Sequence record: SRR2962707_1499
Length of the DNA: 60,452 nt
Reading direction: 5' to 3' (one strand)
The position numbers were made by a program, and so were the translations under genes. Of this stretch, positions 9,475 to 19,249 are shown piece after piece. Position 1 is the first letter of the stretch; each line of letters begins with the position of its first letter. The notes beneath the pieces were generated by a model. That model did no database searches, was not told the origin of the DNA, and worked only from the letters and a program-made list of their open reading frames with translations.

Positions 9475-11601
9475 CTATTGACCTATCACACCGACCACAG
9501 TGATTCTTTTGTGATCAGGCACTTCCTGATAAGACAATACTGACATATTTACCATTCCATAGCGCATAAAGCGCGCCAACATAGGTCGTATTGGTGCAGA
9601 AACAATCAAGATAGGCGTATTGCCCATTGCTTCTTGCTGTTCGGCAGATTCTTTCAAAGAGCTTTGCAATTGTTCTGCCATTTTTGGCTCTAAAATCAAG
9701 GCTTCTTCATTCTTAATGCCAGATTGCTGACTCTGTTGCACTGTTTGCATGAGCATCTTCTCTAATTGAGGGTCCAGCGTCAGCACCGGAATCTCTTCTA
9801 CGCCATCTGCCAATGTCTGAATAATCATTCGAGAAAGCGCTGTACGCACGGCCGCCGTGAGCACCATAGGGTCCTGAGTTTTCGGCTGAACCCCCATAAT
9901 GGCCTCAGCAATGGTGCGCATATCTCGCAATGGCACACCTTCGATCAATAGGTTCTGCAATACTTTTAGAAGCACACTTAAAGGAACCGTATTTGGCACC
10001 AATTCTTCCGCTAACTTAGGATTGTATTGCTTCAGCAAGCTGAGCAATTGCTGAACTTCATCATGACCAATCAATTCATACGCGTGTTTGTGCATAATTT
10101 GATTGAGATGGGTTGCCACCACAGTACTCACGTCCACCACGGTATAACCGTAAGTTTGTGCTTGGTCACGTTTTTTCGGGTCAATCCACACCGCATCCAA
10201 CCCAAACGAAGGGTCTTTACCGGCAATGCCGTCAATAGAGCCAAACACCTGACCTGGGTCGATCGCCAAATCTTTATCTGGGTGCACTTCGGCTTCTGCC
10301 AAACTCACCCCCATCAAGGTCACACGATAGGCATTAGGCATCAAATCTAAATTATCGCGAATATGAACACTTGGCACCAAAAAGCCAAGGTCTTGGGACA
10401 GCTTACGACGCACCCCTTTAATTCGGGCCAGCAATTCACCACCTTGCGACTTATCAACCAGTGGAATCAGCCGATAACCAACTTCCAGCCCCAACATATC
10501 CACTGGCGCCACATCATCCCAACTCAAGTCCTTAGATTCAGAAGAAGGTGCCACATCGGAAGAGCTCGACTTACTCGGCCCTTTCACGCCAGCCAAGGCT
10601 TTTTGTTTCTTGCGATACTCTAAATAATACGCAAACCCACCCAATGAAAAGGCCAGTGAAAGGAACGAAAAGTGCGGCATTCCAGGCACAATCCCCATGA
10701 TGGTCAATACCGCCGCGGCCACATACAAAGCCTTTGGCGAACCGAACATCTGAGTGAATACTTGCGTGCCCATGTCACCCGACTCATTCACTCGAGTTAC
10801 CATAATGGCCGCCGCGGTAGACAGCATCAAAGAAGGCAACTGCGCCACCAAGCCATCACCAATGGTTAACAATGAGTAGCGTTGGATTGCTTCAACAAAT
10901 GTCAAATCATGCTGCGCCATACCAATCGCCAAACCACCAATAATGTTGATGCCTAAGATTAGCAGACCCGCAACCGCATCCCCTTTCACAAACTTTGAGG
11001 CACCGTCCATAGAACCGTAAAATTCGGCTTCAGAGGCAATTTCTGACCGGCGTATTTTGGCTTGATCCGCGTCAATCATGCCTGCGTTCAAATCGGCATC
11101 GATCGCCATCTGCTTACCTGGCATCGCATCCAAGGTAAAACGCGCGCTTACTTCAGAGATTCGTCCAGCACCTTTGGTCACCACCGCAAAGTTGATGATC
11201 ATCAAGATGGCGAAAACCACGAAACCCACAACATAGTTGCCACCAATAACCACTTCACCAAAGGCTTGAATAACCTTACCTGCGGCATCCGGGCCTTCGT
11301 GACCATGAAGCAAAACCACTCGAGTAGAGGCCACGTTTAGCGCCAACCTCATTAGTGTGGAAACCAGTAGTACCGTAGGGAAAACGGCAAAATCGAGAGG
11401 ACGTAAAGAATAAATAGCCACAAGAAGAACAACGATGGCCAAGGCAATGTTGAACGTAAACAGCACATCCAACAGAAAAGCGGGAACCGGCAATATCATC
11501 ATTGCCAAAAGAGACAGTAGTAAAATCGGGATACCTAAATTCCCAGCGACCGCTCCTTTAAACTGCCCTGTCATTTTTTGACGGTCAAAAATCACACACA
11601 C
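9475..11601 (-). CDS. flhA: Flagellar export protein FlhA (exact start uncertain)
   Basis: RFTLDAMPGKQMAIDADLNAG, FYGSMDGASKFVKGDA. Confidence 0.98.
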   Translation of the reverse strand: MCVIFDRQKMTGQFKGAVAGNLGIPILLLSLLAMMILPVPAFLLDVLFTFNIALAIVVLLVAIYSLRPLDFAVFPTVLLVSTLMRLALNVASTRVVLLHGHEGPDAAGKVIQAFGEVVIGGNYVVGFVVFAILMIINFAVVTKGAGRISEVSARFTLDAMPGKQMAIDADLNAGMIDADQAKIRRSEIASEAEFYGSMDGASKFVKGDAVAGLLILGINIIGGLAIGMAQHDLTFVEAIQRYSLLTIGDGLVAQLPSLMLSTAAAIMVTRVNESGDMGTQVFTQMFGSPKALYVAAAVLTIMGIVPGMPHFSFLSLAFSLGGFAYYLEYRKKQKALAGVKGPSKSSSSDVAPSSESKDLSWDDVAPVDMLGLEVGYRLIPLVDKSQGGELLARIKGVRRKLSQDLGFLVPSVHIRDNLDLMPNAYRVTLMGVSLAEAEVHPDKDLAIDPGQVFGSIDGIAGKDPSFGLDAVWIDPKKRDQAQTYGYTVVDVSTVVATHLNQIMHKHAYELIGHDEVQQLLSLLKQYNPKLAEELVPNTVPLSVLLKVLQNLLIEGVPLRDMRTIAEAIMGVQPKTQDPMVLTAAVRTALSRMIIQTLADGVEEIPVLTLDPQLEKMLMQTVQQSQQSGIKNEEALILEPKMAEQLQSSLKESAEQQEAMGNTPILIVSAPIRPMLARFMRYGMVNMSVLSYQEVPDHKRITVVGVIGQ

Positions 11602-11634
11602 ATCCCACTAAAATTAAACACTCATTTGAAACGG

Positions 11635-12771
11635 CTACTTGCCGTCCCATTGAAATTCGTCTGGTACTTCTAAACTCGGCATTACATCTGGACGAGGCGC
11701 GCCATTTCGCGCATTGCGTAACTGATAAACATACGCTAATAATTGAGCAACGGCTTTAAATAACCCCTGAGGAATTTCTTCGCCGATTTCTGTATGGTGA
11801 AAAATAGCTCGAGTTAAGGTGGGCGATTGTATCACAGGGATATCATAGTGATTGCCTACTTCTCGTATTTTCAAAGCAATGAAGTCACTGCCTTTGGCCA
11901 GCATAACTGGGGCCTTACCACCATTTTGATCATACTGTAACGCCACTGAGAAATGGGTTGGGTTAGTGATAATAACATCCGCTTGAGGCACATCTGACAT
12001 CATTCGGTTCATCGCGGCCTGACGCTGCAATTGACGAATCCGCCCCCTTACTTGCGGGTCACCCTCTTGCTGTTTGAATTCGTCTTTGACTTCTTGCTTG
12101 GTCATTTTGAGCTTTTGTTTGTGTGACCATATCTGAAACGGCACATCAATAGCAGCAATAAAAACCAACGCCAACGCCACAAACACAAACGACCAAATAA
12201 CCATGCTGGCGCCGTGAGCAATCGCCATTTGCACCGATTGGAACGTCAGCCCTAAGGCTTCGTCAAGAAAGTGCGTAATGACAATGGCGGCAACGCCACC
12301 CACCAAGGTCACCTTTGCAATCGACTTCAACAACTCCACCAGCGATTGCACAGAAAACATGCGCTTTAATCCCGAAATAGGATTCATCTTGCTCAACTTG
12401 GGTAACAACGGCTCCCAAGAAAAATTCAACCCACCAAGGCAAATACTGCCAACTATGCCTGCGGCGGCCAAAATCGCCATCATCACGAACATCGAATCCA
12501 TCACAGACACAATGGAGCTGTAAAGATGAAAGACCATCCTGCCATATTGAAAGACATCGGCTCGCTCGATCACAAAATTAAAGCCAAACACCGACTCAAG
12601 GTCTTTTGTTAGCATGGTGCCGGTACCGTAAATCGTCACCGCGGCGACAACTAACAGCAGTGCTGCACTCAGATCTTTAGAGCGAGGTAAATTACCTTTC
12701 TTTCGAGCGTCTTCGAGTTTCTTACTACTGGCACTCTCCGTCTTTTCACTGCCGTCTTCGTTCTCAGCCAT
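11635..12771 (-). CDS. flhB: Flagellar export protein FlhB
   Basis: NPTH autocleavage motif, EGDPQ. Confidence 0.98.
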   Translation of the reverse strand: MAENEDGSEKTESASSKKLEDARKKGNLPRSKDLSAALLLVVAAVTIYGTGTMLTKDLESVFGFNFVIERADVFQYGRMVFHLYSSIVSVMDSMFVMMAILAAAGIVGSICLGGLNFSWEPLLPKLSKMNPISGLKRMFSVQSLVELLKSIAKVTLVGGVAAIVITHFLDEALGLTFQSVQMAIAHGASMVIWSFVFVALALVFIAAIDVPFQIWSHKQKLKMTKQEVKDEFKQQEGDPQVRGRIRQLQRQAAMNRMMSDVPQADVIITNPTHFSVALQYDQNGGKAPVMLAKGSDFIALKIREVGNHYDIPVIQSPTLTRAIFHHTEIGEEIPQGLFKAVAQLLAYVYQLRNARNGAPRPDVMPSLEVPDEFQWDGK

Positions 12772-13546
12772 GCAAACGAATCTCCCACACGTCTTTCATC
12801 CAGCTTGTTATTTCGTGGAAAAACAAGCGATAAATATCCAAAAAGTCTTTTAGCATTATCCAGAAAAAGAACAAAGAGAACAGCATTATGATAGGAAAGC
12901 CCAACGCAAAAATATTGAGTTGAGGCGAGGCTTTCGCAACCACGCCAAAAGCAAAGTTCATCACCAGAACCGCAATCGCTAACGGCATCACTACCAACAA
13001 TGCTTTTTCAAACATCCAGCCCCCCAGTAACACCAGCTGCCAATAATGTTGGCTATCGAAGCCGCCACCGATCGGCCAGTATTGAAAACTCTCAGCCAAA
13101 TACTCAATCATCACCAAGTGACCATCGGTTCCAAGGAACGCCAGCGCCACCATGGACACATAGTACTGCCCCATGGTGGCGACGGATACACCATTGGCTG
13201 GGTCATTCGACATGGCAAAACCAAGGCCTGCCTTCATTGCCGCCAATTGCCCCGCAAGAGAAAACACTTGGAACAAAATAGTAATAACAAACCCTAGAGC
13301 AAAACCAATCACCAATTGCTCAGCAATTAAAACGATAAAAGCCGGAGAAATAGGATCGTAAGCGGGCACATGAATAACAGGGGTGACGATAATGGCAATC
13401 AAAAAGGCAAAGGCGACGCGCACTTTCGCATTCACCAAACGACTACCAAACAACGGCAACGCCATAAGAAATGCGCCTATGCGAAAAAAAGGCAGCAAAA
13501 AACTGATAGTAAGGTTCAATAGTTGATCAGGGTTAAGATCAAGCAT
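12764..13546 (-). CDS. fliR: Flagellar export protein FliR
   Basis: GLGFA..DPANG, PQLNIFALGFP. Confidence 0.96.
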   Translation of the reverse strand: MLDLNPDQLLNLTISFLLPFFRIGAFLMALPLFGSRLVNAKVRVAFAFLIAIIVTPVIHVPAYDPISPAFIVLIAEQLVIGFALGFVITILFQVFSLAGQLAAMKAGLGFAMSNDPANGVSVATMGQYYVSMVALAFLGTDGHLVMIEYLAESFQYWPIGGGFDSQHYWQLVLLGGWMFEKALLVVMPLAIAVLVMNFAFGVVAKASPQLNIFALGFPIIMLFSLFFFWIMLKDFLDIYRLFFHEITSWMKDVWEIRLHG

Positions 13547-13815
13547 CAGCCGATTATCATTGGAATATTAATAAACAGGCTGGTCGTGAAGTCCGTTAAC
13601 TTGGTTAAAATCCAAGGCCCCAACTGCATGATAACCAAAATAGTAACAATGAGTCGCGGCAAGAAAGACAATGTCTGCTCGTTGATTTGTGTGGCGGCTT
13701 GAAAAATACTCACCAACAACCCGACCAACAAACTTGGCACCATGACGGCTCCTACAATCACCACTATCAAATAAAAACCCTGACCATAAAGGTCTAAAAC
13801 AACTTGAGGATCCAT
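13546..13815 (-). CDS. fliQ: Flagellar export protein FliQ
   Basis: FQAATQINEQTLSFLPR. Confidence 0.97.
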   Translation of the reverse strand: MDPQVVLDLYGQGFYLIVVIVGAVMVPSLLVGLLVSIFQAATQINEQTLSFLPRLIVTILVIMQLGPWILTKLTDFTTSLFINIPMIIG

Positions 13816-13817
13816 GG

Positions 13818-14555
13818 TTACATCCCAAAACTGGCGGCTAGGGTTCCCATAATCATAGACCAGCCATCTACCATTACAAAGAGCATGATTTTAAACGGCA
13901 AAGAGATAATAACCGGAGACAACATCATCATCCCCATTGCCATCAAAACACTCGCCACAACCATATCCACAATCAAGAAAGGGATAAAAATCATAAAGCC
14001 AATTTGAAACGCCGTTTTCAGCTCACTGGTCACAAACGCTGGCATCAAAATAGTAAACGGTAAGGTTTCTAATGATTGAATCTTTCCCTCTTTGCCGGCC
14101 AACTTCACAAACAACGCAATATCATCTTCACGAGTTTGCGCCAGCATAAAGTCACGCATAGGCGTTGCCGCCGCTTCGACCGCTTGAATCGACGTCATCT
14201 GCTCCTTCAAGTACGGCTGAAGCGCCACTTCATTCACCTTATCTAGGGTTGGCGTCATAATAAATAAGGTCAGAAACAACGCCATACCCACCATAATTTG
14301 GTTCGATGGTGTTTGCTGTAAACCTATTGCCTGACGCAAAATAGCCAACACTACAATAATTCGGGTAAAAGCAGTCATCATCATCAATGCAGCTGGCAGC
14401 AATGTCAGCGCAGTCATGATAAAGAGAATCTGCAAGGATACTGAATAATCCTGACTACCGTCGGCGTTGGTCACCACTTTCACCGCAGGAAGCCCGACTT
14501 CCGCCCATGACAGAGTTGGAAACAACAATAGACAGAGCAGCGCTAAACGCATCAT
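13818..14555 (-). CDS. fliP: Flagellar export protein FliP
   Basis: [33 protein letters not shown]. Confidence 0.98.
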   Translation of the reverse strand: MMRLALLCLLLFPTLSWAEVGLPAVKVVTNADGSQDYSVSLQILFIMTALTLLPAALMMMTAFTRIIVVLAILRQAIGLQQTPSNQIMVGMALFLTLFIMTPTLDKVNEVALQPYLKEQMTSIQAVEAAATPMRDFMLAQTREDDIALFVKLAGKEGKIQSLETLPFTILMPAFVTSELKTAFQIGFMIFIPFLIVDMVVASVLMAMGMMMLSPVIISLPFKIMLFVMVDGWSMIMGTLAASFGM

Positions 14556-14977
14556 GATGCCACTCCTTTATCTGCATCATCGAGATGAGAACTCGATTCC
14601 GCTTCAGTCATTACCTGCGCAAATGCCTTACCGTTGGTTGAAAAGCTTTTAAGGTGATTAATGGATTGAGAGGTCACTCCCAACAAGATTTTTTCGCCTT
14701 CCACTTCAATCAAGACAATTTTTTCCTTAGCGCCTAAGGATTGGCTACTAACCACTCGAATATCAGACTGCCCAAAACGCATTTGAGTGACTTGCAACTT
14801 TTTAACAAGCCACAAACAAGCGGGAATAAACACCACAATAAAAGCCAGAGATAACACGACTTTCCAAATAGAATAAGTGGTTGGCATTTCTTGAGGAACT
14901 GCGGCATGCACATAGGAAACAGCCATGCTAAGCATGGCTGTTATTAGGGTAACGCTTGTCTTTAAACAGGTTTTCAC
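14552..14977 (-). CDS. fliO: Flagellar protein FliO
   Basis: TM then [22 protein letters not shown]; lies between fliN and fliP. Confidence 0.9.
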   Translation of the reverse strand: MKTCLKTSVTLITAMLSMAVSYVHAAVPQEMPTTYSIWKVVLSLAFIVVFIPACLWLVKKLQVTQMRFGQSDIRVVSSQSLGAKEKIVLIEVEGEKILLGVTSQSINHLKSFSTNGKAFAQVMTEAESSSHLDDADKGVAS

Positions 14978-14982
14978 AAGGC

Positions 14983-15444
14983 TTACTTCAATCGTCTGAT
15001 ACGCTCATTAGGACTAACAACGTCTGTTAGGCGAATACCATATTTGTCGTTTACTACCACCACCTCACCATGGGCAATCAAGGTACCATTTACCAAGACA
15101 TCCAATGGTTCACCAGCGAATCGATCCAACTCTACGACAGACCCCTGCGTCAGCTGCATGAGGTTACGTATGGCGATTTCCGTGTTGCCTAATTCCATTG
15201 ATAAGGTAACAGGGATATCCATAATAAGATCAAGATCAGACCCCACATCGGCACCCGAGCTTGATGGTGTAGAAAGCTCTTCCAGCTTAACCGGCTTTAC
15301 ATCTTGCTCGGACATGGCGGCTGCCCACTCATCATCAAGATTGTCCTCGGCGCCAGCATCGCCTGCTTCAGACATGGCCGCCGCCCACTCATCAGCGAGA
15401 TCTTCGTCCATTCCTGCTGCATCTGGATTTTGTTCTTCTGCCAT
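14983..15444 (-). CDS. fliN: C-ring protein FliN
   Basis: DIPVTLSMELG, GEVVVVNDKYGIR. Confidence 0.97.
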   Translation of the reverse strand: MAEEQNPDAAGMDEDLADEWAAAMSEAGDAGAEDNLDDEWAAAMSEQDVKPVKLEELSTPSSSGADVGSDLDLIMDIPVTLSMELGNTEIAIRNLMQLTQGSVVELDRFAGEPLDVLVNGTLIAHGEVVVVNDKYGIRLTDVVSPNERIRRLK

Positions 15445-15445
15445 G

Positions 15446-16423
15446 TTATTTCGTTACCTTGTTAATTTTAAAGTCTTCAACCATCTGCACAGAATAGCGT
15501 TCATTGCTCACACCAAGCTTTCCTTTAAAAGTAGGAACGCTGTTGGCGCGCACTGTGACAAATTCTGGCATTTCTATAGGAATGATATCACCAGCCTTAA
15601 ACTTCATCACCTCACGCAAAGATATTTTACGATTCGCCACGTTCACCTTAAGGTTCACATCGATGTCTTTCACATCTTGCTCTAGGGACCTTCCCCAACG
15701 GTCATCTTTTTCATCAACATCACTTTGTACCCCCGCATCCAGTAGCTCTCGAACGGGCTCAATCATAGAATACGGCAAGGTAATATGCAGTTCTCCACCA
15801 CCACCATCCAGCTCAATATGGAAGGTAGACACCACCACAACTTCACTTGGGCTAACAATGTTTGCCATCGCCGGATTTACTTCAGAGCTAATGTACTCCA
15901 ACTCTAATTTTAATACCGGTGCCCATGCTTCAGTCAAATCAACAAAGACTTGCTCTAACATAAGCTGCACGATGCGTATCTCGGTAGGCGTAAACTCACG
16001 GCCTTCAATTTTGGCGTGACGGCCATCACCGCCAAAGAAGTTATCTACCAACTTGAACACCAACTTGGCATCCAAAATAAATAACGCGGTGCTCCTTAAT
16101 GGTCGAAACTTCACCAAGTTCAGACTTGTTGGTACGTACAAGGTATGAACGTACTCTCCAAACTTCATGATTTGAAGCCCGCCAGACGACACGTCCGCGG
16201 TTCGTCTCAGCAGATTAAACAGACTAATTCGAGTATAGCGAGCAAAACGCTCGTTGATCATCTCCAAGGTAGGCATGCGCCCACGAACAATACGCTCTTG
16301 GCTCGTAATGTCGTAAGAAGCCACCCCATTGGCGTCTCTTATATCTTCCTCTTCAGGTGTTTCATCCGCGCCATGTAAAAGAGCGTCGATTTCATCCTGA
16401 GATAATAAGTCTTGCGCTGACAT
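15446..16423 (-). CDS. fliM: C-ring protein FliM
   Basis: LSQDEIDALL CheY-binding peptide, FFGGDG. Confidence 0.98.
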   Translation of the reverse strand: MSAQDLLSQDEIDALLHGADETPEEEDIRDANGVASYDITSQERIVRGRMPTLEMINERFARYTRISLFNLLRRTADVSSGGLQIMKFGEYVHTLYVPTSLNLVKFRPLRSTALFILDAKLVFKLVDNFFGGDGRHAKIEGREFTPTEIRIVQLMLEQVFVDLTEAWAPVLKLELEYISSEVNPAMANIVSPSEVVVVSTFHIELDGGGGELHITLPYSMIEPVRELLDAGVQSDVDEKDDRWGRSLEQDVKDIDVNLKVNVANRKISLREVMKFKAGDIIPIEMPEFVTVRANSVPTFKGKLGVSNERYSVQMVEDFKINKVTK

Positions 16424-16428
16424 AATCG

Positions 16429-16947
16429 CTACTGCATCACAAAGTTAGTAAACAACACGCTATCAATACCACCTTTTCCGGTTTCTTGCTGAAGAATACC
16501 ATTAATGGAATCTAATGCTGCCTTCTTTAAGGCGGCTTTACCATCCATTGTTTGTAAAGCATCAAATGACTGGCTCGATAGCAGCAGAACCAAGCTGTTT
16601 CGAATTAACGGCATGTGCACTTTTACCGCATCAATTTGCACCTGATCTCTGGACTTAATGGTCATATCGAGTTGCAGATAACGCTGCTTGCCATCCACCA
16701 TGAAATCCACCACAAAGGGGGCATCTAGTTTAAGGTAGATAGAAGGCGCATTGACCATAGCGGCGTCTTCTGTGCTGACAGCATCACCAGAGGTTGCGTC
16801 ATCAGAACCGCTGAACAAAAAGAAATACGCAGCAGCACCGCCACCACCTAACAAAACCAAGACAATAGCTAAGATGATAATGAGCTTTTTCTTACCGCCT
16901 TTTTTTTCAACCTCTGCCCCAACATCTAAACCATCTGCTTCAGCCAT
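16429..16947 (-). CDS. fliL: Basal-body protein FliL
   Basis: KKKLIII then TM; C-terminal VLFTNFVMQ. Confidence 0.95.
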   Translation of the reverse strand: MAEADGLDVGAEVEKKGGKKKLIIILAIVLVLLGGGGAAAYFFLFSGSDDATSGDAVSTEDAAMVNAPSIYLKLDAPFVVDFMVDGKQRYLQLDMTIKSRDQVQIDAVKVHMPLIRNSLVLLLSSQSFDALQTMDGKAALKKAALDSINGILQQETGKGGIDSVLFTNFVMQ

Positions 16948-17062
16948 GATAAAACCTTTGTTATTGATTACTTGATAAAAGAAAGCGCATCACTAAGCTT
17001 CTTGCGCCAATAAGTCTCTATTCTACAAAGAATAAAAAATAGCACCATGCCTTTCCCTTAAT

Positions 17063-19195
17063 TTAAGCATAGTAATCAACACCCGATGGCGATACATAAG
17101 AAATATTTCGAACGGACAGGTCGTCATCCCCATCGTCGCCAGTTAAAAAGCGACTGGCATTAGCCGTTGACCCGCCTTCTCTAGTATCTTGGTATTGACC
17201 GCCGCTGGTCTCTTGTTGAGACACACCCACATCTACGCTATCCAGATCCATCCCTTGCTGAGCAAGCATGTCCCTCAATCTGCCCATTTGGCTTTCTAAT
17301 AAATCTCTGGCTTGAGGCGTGGCGGCCATAAAACTCACCTGGGTATTGTTATTGTCACTATCCACAGACACCTTCACCGTTAAACTGCCTAACTCAGGCG
17401 GGTCTAGCTTTATGTGTGCTGTATGCCCGCCAGATTGCGCAACAAAGGCCACTTTTTGCCCCATTTCCCCAGCCCAGCCTGGATGATTCGGAGGCACAGA
17501 CATGGCTAAATTTTGCGGAGAGTTCATCGGCTGCATATTGGCTGCGGCTGGCGAAAGTCGGTTAGTTGTATTATTTGTCGCTGTGATTGAGCTATTCAGC
17601 CCTCCGGACTCAGAGTCTCTAGAGGTACCATCCCATTGACTGGCCATTTTACCAATCATCGCATCTTGCTCTTTCTTACGTAACTCTAGCGGCTCATTCG
17701 CCAACAAACTGTCTTTGTCTATTGTTGAAGCCAGATTGCCATCCGCCGTTAAACCATCCGTTTGTCCATTCGCGGCACCACCAACTGCCAAAGCGCCTGC
17801 CGCCAATGGCTGAGCGTTTTTGACCTCGTTGGCTAAAGCCACCTGATCGGCCACTTTAGTGGTTGGTGTGGGAATACCAGACACAGCGCTTTTATCGACA
17901 CTGGCATCAGAGGCCGTCGTCGCAGCCGCAGTCGCCGCGGGAGCACTCCCTCCCATCTGAGAAAGCACCCAAGATAATTCTGTACCATCAGCCGCATCCG
18001 GTGCTTCGCTAGATTCAGCAGGTTCAACTTTACCGTCTTTAGCTAAGAGCATCGGAGCATCCGCTTTATCTAAAGCAGCTTTTGCGCCGTTAGCATTCAC
18101 CCCCTTCGCCGCCAGACCAATGGTCGCTAGACCTGCAGCTACTTCCTTCGCTTTGCCTTCTTTAGCCTGTAATGCTCTCACTTCTGCCGGGACTTTATCG
18201 CTTATTTTTTCAGTCCCTTGTGACTTGATTGGCTGAACACCCGACGCCGCTAACGGTTGACTAGATGATAATGAATTCGTCGCTATATTCCCTGAAGCAC
18301 TAAGCTCAGGGGCGGACTTGGCAGAGCCGGATAGATCGGAAGCAGATCGCTCAGAAGCAGGTTTTGCATCAGAAAGAGACTGTTCAGGTGCAAGCTCTAA
18401 CTCCGAGGCCACACCTGCCTGGTTTGGATTCTGGTTATCCACATCTGAAGAAGTAGTCAGTTTATTTCCACCGACCTTCTCTACCATCCCTTGATCAGGG
18501 TTATTGGCTTGCAAACTATGAGCGGCAGCATCAGACGTTGCCTGCGCGCCCTCAACTTGACCCGCCATATCTGAAGCGTCATTAACGCCAAGCGCCTCCC
18601 CTTTTGAGGTCATGGCAGCGTCTACTGGTGGCGTGGTACTCGGAACCGTCTTGCTTACCCCAGAGTCACTGGTTACAGCCGTCGACGTCTCGTTCTGCAC
18701 ATCATCAGCCCCCTCAGTTACGCTTCGCAAAACACCAGACTCCGTCTTACCGCTTTTTGCCAAAAGCTCGCTGTCTGGCGAATTTTGTCCTGTATGGTGC
18801 AAACTCTTGCCGTTATCTATCACTTTTTCTTGGGTGGCGTTTTTAGCCTGGCTGGTGAGGTCCCCATTGCTTGCCCGCGAATGACCATCTTGTAAAGAAG
18901 ACTCACTGCTGCTGCGATCATTGCTTGAAGAAGACAACCTGGATTCTTTTGCGGCCCCTTCTTGGCTAGGATTTGAGCGAGTCACGTTATCTGCACCCTC
19001 ATCAGTACTCACAACCGCTTCACCCTTACTTTGTGTAGGCTGTGATTTCGCGTCGGAAGCTAACTCCCGCTTCGCTTTTTGAAGGTTTTCTGCAAATACT
19101 TGACCACGAGAATCAGCACCTGACGAATGGGTGTTGATAGTGGATTTTGATGGGGGTTGTGAAGATGACAACACCGAGTTTGTGACTGTTTGCAT
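17063..19195 (-). CDS. fliK: Hook-length control protein FliK
   Basis: Long low-complexity body; C-terminal LDPPELGSL...VDYYA; GGAGG precedes ATG 19195. Confidence 0.93.
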   Translation of the reverse strand: MQTVTNSVLSSSQPPSKSTINTHSSGADSRGQVFAENLQKAKRELASDAKSQPTQSKGEAVVSTDEGADNVTRSNPSQEGAAKESRLSSSSNDRSSSESSLQDGHSRASNGDLTSQAKNATQEKVIDNGKSLHHTGQNSPDSELLAKSGKTESGVLRSVTEGADDVQNETSTAVTSDSGVSKTVPSTTPPVDAAMTSKGEALGVNDASDMAGQVEGAQATSDAAAHSLQANNPDQGMVEKVGGNKLTTSSDVDNQNPNQAGVASELELAPEQSLSDAKPASERSASDLSGSAKSAPELSASGNIATNSLSSSQPLAASGVQPIKSQGTEKISDKVPAEVRALQAKEGKAKEVAAGLATIGLAAKGVNANGAKAALDKADAPMLLAKDGKVEPAESSEAPDAADGTELSWVLSQMGGSAPAATAAATTASDASVDKSAVSGIPTPTTKVADQVALANEVKNAQPLAAGALAVGGAANGQTDGLTADGNLASTIDKDSLLANEPLELRKKEQDAMIGKMASQWDGTSRDSESGGLNSSITATNNTTNRLSPAAANMQPMNSPQNLAMSVPPNHPGWAGEMGQKVAFVAQSGGHTAHIKLDPPELGSLTVKVSVDSDNNNTQVSFMAATPQARDLLESQMGRLRDMLAQQGMDLDSVDVGVSQQETSGGQYQDTREGGSTANASRFLTGDDGDDDLSVRNISYVSPSGVDYYA

Positions 19196-19222
19196 AATTT
19201 CCTCCGGCAATAGAAAGCAACA

Positions 19223-19238
19223 TGCAAGACAAAGGCCA
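19223..19238 (-). promoter_or_regulatory. Sigma-54 (-24/-12) promoter of fliK
   Basis: Minus strand TGGCCTTTGTCTTGCA = GG-N10-GC with TTGCA, about 28 nt before the start codon. Confidence 0.7.
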
Positions 19239-19249
19239 ATCTAACTATT

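Noticed and set aside
17063-19195. Unusually long FliK (about 710 aa)
   Set aside because: Long low-complexity FliK proteins are common in polar flagellar systems
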